Below, piece after piece: positions 22,839 to 36,154 of a stretch of 64,000 nucleotides of DNA. Both the position numbers and the translations under genes were made by a program. Origin of the DNA: Raillietiella orientalis (taxonomy: Eukaryota); assembly GCA_036172245.1 (NCBI GenBank), contig JAYWIR010000016.1, forward strand, positions 1,364,001-1,428,000, written 5' to 3'. The notes below the pieces were generated by a model that was not told the DNA's origin, made no database searches, and was given only the letters and a program-made list of their open reading frames with translations. Within the stretch, counting starts at the first letter, position 1. Every line of letters begins with the position of its first letter.

Positions 22839-25800
22839 AAAAAAAGAAGAAAAAAAAAAAAACAATGGCAGCTGCCGAATGCAACCAGGATGGAGCACAT
22901 TCAGATGCAGGGATATACAGGGAAGAGGGGAGGGGGGAGTAGACTTCCGAAATTCTGGAGATGCATCCAGTTTTCCTCCCTCGGAGATTTACTTCCATTC
23001 CTGTGCTGCAAAAGCTGCATTCGCGACTGGGCCGCTTCGTTGTCTCCTAATGGCAGCGAGCCGAGCTTGGGATAGGGGGGGGGGGGGAGGGGTCCTCTCG
23101 ACCGAAAAAAAATTATTTTTTCAATCAAATGCCGTAAACGTCATTCGAAAATCCGTCCTATTTATAGAAAGGTTACTATTGCTATTTATAGTAACCGTCA
23201 ACAATGAGTTGTTGTTGTTGCAGAAGAAAACAACTCATTGTTGTTTTCTTCTGTAACAATGCCTTCCCCGAAGTTCGGCCTCCACCTGGCGCTCTTGCAT
23301 CAGGGAAAACGTGTGCTTCGTCGGTGCCCCCCCACTCCCCGCGACGATGCGAGGGGAGCGTTGCAGTGTGACGGCGAGCCGCGTGGTGGCAAACGTGGTT
23401 TCCCTCGGGCAAACGAAGCGTGCAGCACTTCGGAAGGGGTTCTCTTCGCAGTGGGCAAGGCGTACCGAATGGGTAGGAGCTAACAGAAGCCACCCATTCA
23501 CGGTGGGACTTTGATCTCGTCACTGCACTTCCCTGCGCCTTCCTCTCCTGCATCCTGCCTGCTCGGATCTCGGATGCAAACGAAGCCGGCGATCCACTTT
23601 CCAGATTCCGTGTGTTCGTGTGTTACCACGTAAAGTCCGTATCAGGGATGTGGTGGCTGTGGTGTTCATCAAGGCAGAAAAGTTGCTGCTGGGGGAGACG
23701 GGAAGGTTGCTGCTCCCTTCCGCCAGATAAACAAAGGAAAAAAAAAAAAAAGGTAATTGGGATCATGATGCTCGCAACACGAAATGGCGGAAATCTGATT
23801 TCGAAACCCGATCCTCGGATCGAGGAGGCAGCGCCATCACCCCCACGAAAGTTTTGTGCTCGGAGTTCCTCATAACTCCAGCCGTTCCGTGCGCACTCGG
23901 GGACGACGCGAGCTGCATCTCGAGATGCAGGTTTTCTTCGGCGACGGAAGAGAATTCGAGAAAGAAACGAAACGCTGCCATCACGAAGTGATATTTCCTC
24001 TCCCTGGAAAGAAGTGGAAGTTAAGCTTGAAATTATGAAGCAGGAAAAGAAAAGGGAAAAAAAAAAAACGACGACTGAAATGGCCGTCGTCAAGTGGCTG
24101 CAGTTTCCCAGCCTCTGGTGGAAACCATCGAACGCAATTTGTGTTCCGAAACGAGTTTGAGATGAAGGCGGGATATTTTTGATCAGTAATGATCGATGAT
24201 GAACAGCTGCGTAAGAAGATCTCGCATCACCACTGTAAACACATGTCATCCTTGGTTGATTCACAACCATGATTCCATTTAATGGTTTATCATTAATTGA
24301 AGCCAAATGACAATCGGTGCGAACGGCCGATCCCCTACCTGCGTGGCTTGAGCTCGGACGGCATTGATTTCCTCCACCTGAAAGGTCATCATCACGCTCG
24401 AAGCGGCGAGTCGTTCCGTGACGCCGCCATCCCTTCTTCTTCCCCTTCTTCGCCGTGAGGCGCGCTGTCTGACACATCTCTTTTCGATGCGTTAGGTTTC
24501 CCAGGCCGCTCGGTACCGACCAAAGAGAAAACAGAAGAATTCCAATTAGCGCGAGAGTTCCCATTAACACATCGGAACGCTCCCTCCATTCCTTCACCCC
24601 AAAGCAACACGCAACAGAGTTGACTCGGTGGGTGCAGCGGAAGCTCCGTCGGTGGAAGGTCTCGGGGATGGTTCCTTCGAGATGGGCACGTCGCCTCTTC
24701 GGGATTAATCGACTGCGCGCTCCGCGGATGCAACACCTGACCGGGCAGCCACGTCTCCGATATGGAACCTTCGGAGCGCTCCGTTCGCAGCCTCCTGCCC
24801 GGATGGGGATGCGGAGAAGAAATGAAGACGGAATTTATTTCCCGAGGCGGAAGTGAAAAGCGCCATCGGAAGGCGGTCGGTCGCTCCTCCGCCCGTCCTT
24901 CACGCAAGTCACTTCCGCTCCCGAAGATTTGTCAGCGTCAGCGAGGATGCGAGAGGATCTCTCTTCTCCAGCGCGACAGATGATTCGAGCTCCCCCGTGC
25001 AATCATCATGGGATAGCAGCGGACGGAAAAGAATCTCGCAGCAAAGAAAACACACGTCATTACGATCCAGGCTGTCCCTTTCCGCCCCACCCTCTCCACA
25101 GAGCAAAACTTGATTTTTCCATTCCGAGCGAGTGGGTTGATGTGTGCTCATCCGATCCCTTAAGAGTTTGCCGAGATGTGATGATGCTCACTCTTCGGCT
25201 CGGAATCTACAGCAAGCGGAAGTAATACATACATATATATACATATGTGAAGCAGGGTGTGTATGTATATATAAATGATCCAATGCTCCAAGTGATCATA
25301 ATATATTATGACCGCTGAAAGCTTTGGATCATTTTTCAGGAGCAGCTTCCTGTCTGACTTTCTTTTAGGCGCAAAAAGGAAGGAAAAAAAAAGAAAAAAA
25401 AAAAAAAAACGTATAAAACGAGCTGACTCTGAGTAAAGTGTGCTAAGGGAGCTCCTGTAATTGCAGCGAGATGAAATCCAATTAATGCACTCCCGGAGAA
25501 GAGAAAAAAGGGAAGGAGAAGAAAGGAAAAAAAATAAGGAAACCCACGGCAAGCGGAGAAGGAAAGCAAAAGATTAATTTCGAAAGGTAATCATCGATAA
25601 AATTGGCATATACCACCATGTCGTTCGAACGGCAAATGCCCGTGGCATCGCACGGACGCTCCCCCCCACGGCCTACTCCGAAATTCCTGCCGCTCATTTT
25701 CACTCTGTTTTATTTTCTCCCCGTCTCGCCCGGGAGAAAAGCCGCTTCCATCCTCTGTACTTTCCAAAGGAGCTGACGGTGGTCTGCGCCCCGACGGTTG

Positions 25801-27329
25801 CGCGCTTAAACGGGGAAGATGTCGGTTCGGAGGGGGGGGGGGGGATGGACAGCATCAGGATGGATGTTTGCAGGCCCGAGTGAAGTCTATCGAAAAGAAA
25901 AGAGTGCCATGGCTGGCGCGGCGGCTGGGGAAGCCGAGCGAGGCGTCTGTCTAGGTGCGTTGGGATGGTCACCAGATGCGAAAGCAGCACACACGGGTTG
26001 CCGGGAAACGCTTCGAGCCGAGAGCTCCCTCTCCTATCGGAATTCCCGTCGGCAGAGGATTGGAAAATGGATGTTCGATATCGCAGGCTTCCTCGGCAGC
26101 AGAGATGATACGCGAGGGGGGGGGGGGGGGGAGGAGGCATTCCCGAAAAGCGTGCGTCGCATCTGCCTATTCCGGCAGCGGCACCGAATGCGCTCAGATG
26201 GTGCCAGATGACGAGCGATCCCCTCTGCTCCGGATTCGGCTTCCCTCCGCTCTTCCTGCTCGAATCGCGCGCGTCTGACGGCAGCCAACAGGCAGTGCCA
26301 GGAAGGGGAGCCGAAGAGCGCGGGGAAACCGAGGAAACTGAGGATTTTCAGGATATCCCTCGGCTCCGGGAGGTCCCTGCCGCTTACTATGCGGTTCCTC
26401 CGCTCTGAGTCTTCTGGTAGTCGAACCCACCACCGATTTGTCCCACGGAGCTTTGCACGCGGGCCTAATTATAGACAAAGCAAATTTTGGATGTTTCCAG
26501 CGAGAACAGAGCAGCTCCAAAACTGAAGGAGTAGGGGAGGGGGAGAGAGAGGGAGAGAGAGAAGTGCAGAACGCGCGTCCTTTTTACTTTTCTTTCTCTT
26601 TCAAACCGCAAGTTTTGAAACCGGAGATAAGGAGCAAACGCAGCAGCATTCCGCCACGAAGACCAGGAGCAGTGCAAGGTACACGACAAGTGCACGTTCG
26701 TGCACGCGAGAACATTAGCTTACGGAAATGCATACACATGTGTCATCTGCCGCTGTCTACATAAGAGGAGGAGCATCGCTCGCGGCGAAGCCCGCTGAGG
26801 TCTTCCCAGCACCAGGTGGAAAAAAAAAAAAAACAAAAAAGAACGATCCCATTCCGGCCCTTCCGAGGAAGAGCCGTACGATGCAAGGAAGACGAATGTA
26901 AGAGGTGAGTTCGCGTTACAATGCGTGGAAGAATGTGCGGGAGAGAGAGCCTGGGCGAGAGATCCGAGCAAGAGATCTGTGCACGACTCGCGCAGTGTGC
27001 ATTTGTAGCAGAAAAAAGAAAAAAAAAGGGGGCATTCCGTATCCAGATAGGGATTGGACTAAAAAAGAACAGTAGTCAGGTCAGTGGCCTTGCCCGCCTC
27101 CTTTTTCTGCTGGCCGCCTTGAGAGGAAGGAAGAGAGAGGAAGAGCGAGCGTACTTGGATGGCGTAACAGCTGTTCGAGTGATGATTCTCGACGACGTAG
27201 CTAGATGGTGCTGAGTGCAACCGCACGGTGGTTGCGCCATCACGCTGGAGGTCAGCACCCACTCAGGCGAGCATCGATTCGTTTGACGTCGGAAAGGAGG
27301 AAAGGAGAGACGCCTTTTCCTGGAAAGAA

Positions 27330-27540
27330 GGACCCGGAGGATGCCCGGAAGACGTTGCGAAGGAAGGGAGTCAGAGGCCTGGGGGGCAGAGAACCTCCAG
27401 AACAGCACGAAACCTCCTTCGGAACGATCCCCTCTTCTGGCGAGCCAAAACTGCGAGGCGAAAAGGGACTGTCGGATGTGCTCCCATCCTCTCGAGAGCT
27501 CCGCCGGTGAAGTGGGGACCCGGATCCTCTGGCAACCTGA
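27330..27540 (+). mobile_element. Possible old family A-like ORF2 fragment
   Basis: aagggact...gtgaagtgg...ctctgg resembles the GLL..GELL...VKWPP.LW segment of family A. Weak match. Confidence 0.3.
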
Positions 27541-30500
27541 AGAAGGAGGGAGAGCAAGGGTGCGTGGGTGATCCCGAAAGACAATCCCGAGCTTTGGAAT
27601 CCCGAAAGATTGAAGTCCCGAAAATGGGATTCATCACTTGTGAAGGAGGTTCCCCATTCATCCCGTGCTGGAGAGGATGCGAAAGTGAAGCACACAGCAT
27701 GGCGGATCATAAAAAAATAATGCTGACAGTTGAAAATAGTGGAAAAATTAAAATAAAAAAAGGAAGAATTGAAAAATCGGGCAGCCCTCATGGATCACCT
27801 CCGTGCAACTGCTCCGTAATCTGTCCGCTTCGCGCTTTTTCACAAGTCGAATTTTCTTTCTGTCTTTCTTTTTTTTTATTGTTTCAATTTTTTTGCTTAT
27901 TTATTTATTTCACCTTCGCATTATCTCCGGCACGCGATAAATGGAACTTCCTCGACGAATGATGAATTCCAATTTCGGGATCTCGGCATTCGGGACTGTG
28001 TCTTTCAGCCATGCGATCGGCAGCAGTGGGCGAGTTGCAGCGCGTGAGCCGGGCGTGCAGATCCATGGGACCAGCGTCTCTATCGCCTTGGATCCTGAGG
28101 AAAGGAATTTGCTCCAGAGGGATGGAAGGAAGGAGAGAGGGAAGGAAGGGCTGAGGGTAAGGACGGGACAGGGGGAACCGCAGAGGGGCTGTTCGTCCCA
28201 AAGCAAGTCGCCTAACCGCCAAGGACGATTCTTCTTTGAAGAGAGCCGGCTCTGTTTGCAGGCACGAGGTCGTCGTTTCCCAAAAAGGACAAGGCAGAGC
28301 TCCCGGGTCCTTCAGAGCCACCTTTGCTTCCCGGAATCGTTCCCTCGACCTTCTCCCCGAAGGAAAACGAACAAAGAGACGACGAGCAGCGCCATCTTCC
28401 AAGGATCTGTGGAAGCTCCCTCCCTCGTTGCCTTGGCCGCTTCAGGCAGCGCGCTCGCTCGCTTCTGCCCGCCTGAGCTTCGCTCCTCGTCCCGCCGTGG
28501 CCGGGAAGGAAAGAGCGTGAGCTTCCTCCGCAAAAGGAGCCCCCGAGGCGACTGGCCGTCCCTCCCCGCGGGACGATGGAGGCCCGAAGGAATCCTCGCC
28601 TTTCCCCGCTCCTTCGCCCCACCTTCGTCCTCGAAGCCGCCGGGGTGCGCATCCCCGCTCTCCTGGGTGGGGCGAAGGGCGGAGCCGGCGCATGCAGGAG
28701 TGCCTCCTGGAGGGGGAGGAGGCTCTCCGCAGCCAGCAAGGCGGTTCTGGAGGAAGGCCGGACGGGCTCCAGCGGAAGACGTTGCGACACCGAGGGGACT
28801 TCCGGGGGATGCTGGCGACGGACAAAGAAAGAAGGGGGGAGGGGGAGAGGGGAGGAGGAAACGGAGGACGTGCGTACGGGGGCGTTCCGCGCTGCGCCCG
28901 AGCCAGGAGGAAGTGGAAACCTCGCTGGCGGGCGGGTGGGCGGCCGCCTCCCCGGTTCGGCGGAAACAGAGCCCGAAGGAGGAGTTGCCGGAGGTGGGGA
29001 GGGGGGCCCGCTGCTCCCATCGCACTCGCCGAAGATTGCCAAGGCCGCCGCCGTTGCTGCGAGAGTCGTCGTCGCGACGGCGGCACCACCTGGCGCGAGA
29101 GGCGATCATCTCCTGCTGTTCCCTGTTCCCTCCACCTCCGCTTCGGGCTGGCCCTCTCACCGCGGGAGAAGACCCAGCAGGGAGGAGAGGGGAGGGGATT
29201 CTCCCCTTCCCGGAGCCAGGGCTGTGCCGCTTCTGGATCCGGGCCGCTCCCCCGACCGGAAGGGAGGGGCCACCTTCCTGGACGCCGGAGTGGAGGGTGG
29301 GCATCCTGCGAGGAAGAAAGGAAAGGGCCGATGGGAACTGTCCTCCTGGGCTAGAAGGAACGAATAAAGGGCGAGGGTTGGATGGCCGCCTCCTAGCGGG
29401 TCGCCCAGATCGAAATGTCCTTCTCCCCCCCCCCGTCCCCGTCGCCACCCCAGAAACGAGCGATCTCGCCAGGCGCTTGTGGTGGTGATGGTTGATGCCT
29501 CAGGCACCCCGATCCTCCGGATACGTTGGCGACGGCACCCCCTGGTTTCCGTATGCGGACGGGACAGCAACGCATGGGGGGACCGTGGAGTGTCCTCCCG
29601 CGTCGCGTGGGAAACGCCTCGGGTCCACCTCTGCCCGCTCTCTTCCGACCGAACCGCGCGCGCGCCCTCAGGCTCTGGAGCCCCGCCCCCCTCCCTTTGA
29701 AAAGGCACCGCCTCCGCATCGCGGAGCGGAGCGCCGAACCCGGGAGAACCCCGTTGCCGGGGCAACCCAGCTGCGGCTCATCCCGATCCACGGCCGCACC
29801 GCACGTGCGGAGTGAAGGGACGACCGGAAACGCGCCGCAGGAGCGTGCAGCGGCGACTCCCCCCCTCCCTCCCTACGGGCGATGCGCGGAGGAGGAGGAG
29901 GAAGAAGGCAGCCAGCGGGTCTCTCTCTTCCCTCCCTCTTTCCCCCTTCCTGTTCTCCCGTTTTCATGGTGCCGCGCATGATGCCTCCCCACGAGGACCG
30001 GGGAGGCCGTTCCTCTCCCCCTTCCCGACGGTGGTGGTCCGCCTCGGAAGGCGGTGGCGGCTGCGGCCGTGACATCACGCAGAGCGTCTGCAGCCTCCTC
30101 CGTTCGGCTCGCCGGCGGTCATGACGCGTCAGCGGCGAGCACCCATCTCGAGAGGGAGAGGTAGATGTCCGGCTGCCTCCCGAGGCTGCTGCTGCCGCAG
30201 AGGTCAACGCGGAGGTGGCGGCGGATTCCTCCCCCGGAGAGAAAAGGGCGAGCTTCTCGGGCACAGCCCGTAGGGGGGGAGGAGAAGGGACGGGGTCAGT
30301 AGGGAGCTCCCCGCCCCCTCCGGGGCGTCCGGCAACGCGCTGCCATGGTATAACCAAGGGCGACGGAGAGCATTCGCTGCTCCCCAGACTTTGGGGCACC
30401 TTCCTCACCCTCACCCCACCTCATCCGCACGTCCTCCGTTCTTCCCAACTCCCCTCGGACCCCGAGGGAGGATGCTGCATCCGAGGGCTACCAGCCAGAC

Positions 30501-31880
30501 GCCCCCGTGCTCCTTTCAGCTATCTCCTGAGGGCCTCTGTCCTGCCGCCGACGCGCGCGAGAGAGAGACTTCAGATCCCGGGATCCCCCGAGTGGCTCCC
30601 GCCGGGCCTCGCAGAGGTCAGGGTGAGGCGAGACGGGAGCGGTGCACGCAAGGAGGGCTCAGCGAGAGCTTCTCTGGACCGACGCAGCTCATCGGCGCCT
30701 CTCGCTCACACCCTTCGGCTCCCTGCTACTCCGATGAGCGGACGGAACCCCCCTTGAGGACGTCCCCCCGGCTCCTCATAGCAGGAGCGCGCGCGTCCCC
30801 CTCCCCCCACACTTTTCCTGCTCGAGGGGATTTCCCCCTTCCCTCCCCTCCCCCCCTTCTTCCTCCCTAGAACGTCCCGAAGACAGACGGGTGTTCCTCG
30901 CCGCAGGCTTTCTTTTCGAAAGTTCCAGGGGGCCCCGGGGCGAGCTCCTCGAGAGAAGTCCCGGGATCAGAAGCGTCAGGATGATCTCTCTGTTCCTGGG
31001 ATCAGATTTCAGCCCGCTCCGGGGAGGTCCTTCTCGCCCGCAGCTCCTCGTTCCAAATGCGGGAGAACGAGGGAGGCGGGGAGAGCGACACGCCTTCTCC
31101 CAGCGACTCGGAAGTCCCCATCGTTTTTCCTTCTCTTTCTAGAGCGACTCCCCGCTCGAGGCGCAAGGGGAAGGGAACGCGATGACGATCCTTCCCTTCC
31201 CCCTCCTTTCCCTCCCTCCCGTTCAGCCTTACGGGATGAACCCGGAAAGAAATCCGAACCCACCGCAGGAAGTTTCGCAACGCGCGAGTTCCCCCGTGTG
31301 ACCGAGTGCAGACCGCGCGACGATGTAACCAACGAAACGAACATGCCCCACGCGAGCGTCGTCGGAGCAACAATGGACCATCCATTGTTGAGCCGCAGAC
31401 TATCGATTGTTGAGCCGCGCTTCCGTAAGCCGTTGGAACGCGAGTCGAGCGTCCATCCCACCTCCTGCTGAAAGTGGAAGCGAAGAGAACCGCGGGCGGT
31501 TCCAGGGAGCAACCCGAGCCCATCTGGGGGGGGTCATCCAGCGCTCTGCCTTCATGTGAGCCCCACGTGCCTCCACGAGCGGCGCAATCTGAAGGTTTGC
31601 GTGACTGTTTTCAAGAAGCCGGAACGGCCGGTCCTGCGAAATTGCTGTGAAACTGGGATAAGGTGAGACCTCGGTGGCATTCCACTCGAATTCCGTGCGC
31701 ACGTTGCCCCCCCTTTTGTTTCCGAAAAATCTTCTTTGCCTTCATTCTTTCCCTCCTTATTCCTCCAGGAAAAAAAAAAAAAAAGGAAAAGAGCAGCTGG
31801 CATCCCGAACATACCATGCTCGCCACAGAATGCAAAGGGAAAGCAAAACGAAAGAAATGCATGGGCTGAGTGTGCGAAGG

Positions 31881-31926
31881 ATGCGTCCCTGTGGGATGCG
31901 TCCCGGTGGGGTGCGTCTCCGGTGGG
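31881..31926. repeat. Tandem repeat, 3 x about 15 nt (atgcgtccctgtggg)
   Basis: Direct reading; imperfect units. Confidence 0.8.
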
Positions 31927-32074
31927 TGCAGGACGCAGCGGCAGCGACGTCGCAGAACGGTTCCGCAGGCACACACTTAAACGGTTCCTTTGAAAAATAC
32001 GACCGTGTGGAAAATCGCGGCTCCTAATCTGTTGGACTCTGCCTGTCCTCAACGGATTTCCTTTCTCCGTTGTT

Positions 32075-32078
<4 letters not shown>

Positions 32079-32108
<30 letters not shown>
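32079..32108. repeat. (TC)n microsatellite
   Basis: Direct reading. Confidence 0.9.
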
Positions 32109-32114
<6 letters not shown>

Positions 32115-35100
32115 CGGATCCAACCTTCTGGAAACACAATAAGAAATTCGATCCGTGGTGCTTTAAATGCTTTCCGTTTAAAGAATTCCGTACAGCTCGT
32201 GCCCTCGGTGTTTTTCACGCTTTTTTTTATTTGCACTCTCATACAGGTGACTTCCGCTGCGAGACCTCTCAACAGGATGTGAAGGGGTGACTCTGCTGGG
32301 TCTCCAGGAAAGAGAGAAGAGGAAGAACCGGCAATGAATCACTGCGTGGGCCATTTCGTGGAAGCGCGGTAGTTGGAAAGGCCGTTCTGGAGGGAGGGAA
32401 GGAGGGAGACGGGGGGGGGGGAGGGAGAGAGACGTTGGTGAAAGCGGATGAACTCGTTGTTTCATGTCCTCGACACTTTTCGTTCTTTTCAAGCCGAACC
32501 ATCTCCTCCCCCTGTCCATGGTTTCTCCGGGTCGTTATCATTTCATTTGCGAAACTGATCGGAATCTCTCTCCTGACAGGAGAGGAAGGAAAGGGGGGGG
32601 GGGCCGGAGGAGGGAAGAGCTCTGTTGCTTCGTTATCGTTGTTTCCATATATCGGAGAGACCCGAAGTTTGCGTGAACTCTCGCGAGCTGAAGATCTGCT
32701 AATGAGCGAAAAACGGCAGAATTGGATTCGTTTGGAAGATGAGGAGCTCCGATTAAAGGAAGACGTCTAAGGATGCACGCGATCGAACTGCTTCTCCCAG
32801 ACGTCTCCGCAGTCTATTTATAGAATCCGCCGCTGCCGCCATTGTTGTTTGACTTTTAATTGTCCTTTGCTTGTTACGGCGTGCTGTCCCTGCGACCTGC
32901 CTGCGGCGGGGAAGATGGATGACCGAAAGAAATGGATGAATTTCGTCTGCATGCATGACCGGATAATGGAAATTCGCTCGTCCCTTCCATCCGCGAAGGG
33001 TTATCGATTTCTGATTACCCCGTCACCATGGTGAGAACACGGAGAACACCTTCCTCTCATTACGGCTACCGCGTGTGATATGTGTGTGGGTGGATGTGAT
33101 GATTTTTTTTTTTTTCTTTTCTTTTCTTTTTTTTCGCGTCCCCCCTCCCCTCTCCCTCCCTCCCCCCTCCCCATGTTCGATGGGCGTCCATTCCGCTCAC
33201 GTTCAGAGTGACTTTTTCCGTCTGCGCTGGGTTTTTTCGATTTTTCTTCAGGGGTCGAAAAGCGAGACTCGGGAACGTCCCCCGCTGCCAGAGCGAGATG
33301 CTGGATGGTGTTTCGACCCGGCGTCTCCCGAACACCACCCGTGCACGCTCCATGGCGAGGTGTTGCGAACTCGCAGACTCGGTCGGCCCGATGAGCAGGG
33401 AGCCAGAGAGGGAGACTTCGTCGTTCGAGGCGCACTCCGGGAAATCGGGGCTGCTCTTCCCCGCTGCTTCGGAAGAGAAGGAGTAGGGCGAGACGGGGAT
33501 GAGGTGAGGGTGAGACAGCGGGCGGGAACACGTCCTGCCACGCAGGGCGCTGGTTCTGTGGAGCCCACAGCGGTGCTGCTGCTGGGAGAGGTGGAAGGAA
33601 GAAGAAATGAGGGGGCTCCCCCTTGCCTTCCTATGCCCGTCCGCAGCAGGCATCGAAAGGTCATTCAAGGAGACTCCCCATAGGGAGGCTGGAGAAGGGG
33701 AGGGAGGGAAGCAGGTAGCCAATCTCCTATCCCCCTCTCACCCTCTGGCAAACCCCGCAGCGAAGAGATGCGTCATCTACGCGCTCCTCCTCTTCTGGGG
33801 ATCCCTTTTTTTCCCCCACAGGTAGATCGAATATGCCGCGGGTCAGCGCCAGGTGCGCGCGCGCGAGGCTGCCGTCTCCTCGGCGCCTGGCGCACAGCCG
33901 CGCGCGCGCGCGACGCGGCGCCGAGGAGAAGGCGCGAAGGCGATGGTGCCAGCCGCGGTGGGGTGGCGAAAGACGATCTTTGCGAGCGGACCCCGGGACG
34001 AGGGGAAGGGGGGAGAGAGACTCGGGGTGTCTTCGGCGCGTAAGGGAAGGGAAGGGGGCCGAAGAGCGCTCTCGGAGGGCGCAGCGCCGAAGGGCTCGTC
34101 TCGCGCTCACGACTGGCCGCCGCGGAAGGTGGCTCTGCCCTCGGGAGGAGCGGAGGAGGGGGAGGAACGTCTCTCTGCAGGGCGGGGCGCCGGCCGCGCG
34201 GCAGTCGTTCGACCGGAGGTGCCCTGCCGGCAGCTCAGACTCTCGAGTAGGAACACTCCCAAGCTGAGGCGGGACCGCAGCCCCCAAGCCCGCGCGCCCG
34301 ACGGGTGCGGAGAGCTCCGGGGCAGTGAGCGCCATGGCTGCCGCCCGTCCTCCTTGCCCGGCGTGCCTTCGAAGCCAAGGCGCCGGCGTCGTGGCGAACC
34401 CGCCGGAGCTTCTTTGCCGCGCGGCTGGGCCGTGGCGCCACCTCACAGAACCTTCCTCCTCATAGGAAGAACCGGGCTGCGCTATCTCCCCCCCCCCCTC
34501 CTCCCGTCTCATGCTGCTTCGGGTGCAGGAAACACCAGACGTGAGCGCAGTTGGCATAGCAAGGTCTTCTCTTTCAGCAGGGCGGATGTGGGCCGGTTGC
34601 CTAGAAGCGAGCTTGTCCGCCTGATCCGTCGCTACCCCTGGGGAGCGGCTCGGGGTCGCCTCCGGTGGGCCTACCCGCCACCCTTCCTACTCAGCGGCGG
34701 AAAGGAGGATGAACCTGTCCAGTCTCGGTCGCAGTCGCGGAGGACGCACCTCCTGGACCCCAGCGAAGGGGTGTCGAAGCGCCACCCCCGCGCAGCAGCG
34801 GAACCCCCCGGCGAGGTCTCTCCCAGAGATCGACCGGGACCTTCCCGGAGGAAGCGCCTCCCACGGATCCGACCTCTACTCGTAAGGCTCTGGTGGCGAC
34901 CTCAGGACGGCCTGCTGCCCCGTCGGCCGTTCACGCGGACTCCCGGAAGGACCGTGCGATCCTGGCGGAGGCGGAGCAGAGTGGACGCCGCGGTGCGGTC
35001 ACGCGGTCCCCCCTCGCGCAATCGTGAATCTGCCTCCCGGCCCGCCGGTTTCCCGCAGACCCCGGCGCTCTCCCCTCCTCCCCTCCCAGCGGGCTACGCC

Positions 35101-35821
35101 TGCTGGAATTCCCGGGCACGTGGTGCGGGCTGTAGGGGAGCAGGGGGCTAGGAAGGAGGGGGTAGTTCGGCAGCCGGCTCGCAAAAGCGAAAGCGGGGAG
35201 GGGGAGGAGGCGTCCGGGGAATTTCGCTACCTCCTCCCCCCTCTCATCGCGATCGCCTTCTGCCCTGAGCGGGAGAGGCGGGAGAGCAGCGACACTCCTG
35301 CAAAAGGACCGGACTCCCGTGGAGACCCTCGGCAAGCGCAGGGCCAGTTGCCGGGCAGTCGGCTGGGTGGATGGCGGGGGGCCAACCGCCTACGCCCAGC
35401 CACCCCCCCCCCCTTTCCGCGGATCACGAGCGCGCGCCACCTCCTCCTGGTTCCCTGCTTGAGCGAGCGGAAATTGCGAGGGTTTGTCTCAGCAGGCAGG
35501 GAAGTAGCGCGCGCGCCCTTCTCCGCAGGGCGTGCAAGGCCCGCCGGCACCCCAGTCCTCTGTCTCTCCAGCACCCCTGGTCCCGTGTCCACCACAGTCT
35601 CCCGCTCACCTCATCATTGTGAAAGGATGGAATGAGGCGCCACATACACTCCGATACTATATATAATACAGCACAGTATTCTGTACATATACAATATAAT
35701 AATCCACATGTACATACAGTCTAGCACCTACGAGCAAACGCGAGATCGTACGGATGCGTACACGGCATTGTATCCATGCGTACGCACTTGCGGCCTCCAC
35801 ACAGACAAGCATGGTGCGCTA

Positions 35822-36154
35822 GTGGTACACGGCGGCTTTCCTTCTTCGGCGCAGCCGTCCCATGGAAGGGAAGCCACTGCTACTCCCTCTCGAAATTCTC
35901 GAAGGTCTGTCTTCGGCTGCTTGTTTGCAGGCGTGGATGCTCTGTGGTGTGGGCGCACCCCGAACGTGTGGATGCTGCACTTCGTACCCTTCGTAGTCAC
36001 GCATGTGGGTTATGTGTGGTTGCGTGGCAGCGGAGCACCCGTGTGCTCAAGCAAACAGCCGAAGAGGCACAGACCTTCGAGATTGGAGTGGCAGCGGCTT
36101 CCCTTCTATGGGGCGGCTGCACCGCTGAAGAGGAATGGCAACACGCTGTGCCAC
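35822..36154. repeat. Long imperfect inverted repeat (foldback/MITE-like), arms about 110 nt
   Basis: The left arm 35822-35930 (cagccgtcccatggaagggaagccactgc...tcgaaggtctgt..cttcggctg) is the reverse complement of 36045-36154, with scattered mismatches and indels. Confidence 0.8.

Noticed and set aside
27941..29488. 515-aa ORF (similarly 4824-6269, 33853-35151, 43196-44698, 55008-56228)
   Set aside because: Arg/Pro/Gly/Ser-rich, no recognisable domain, and overlapped by long ORFs in other frames. This is expected in very GC-rich DNA.
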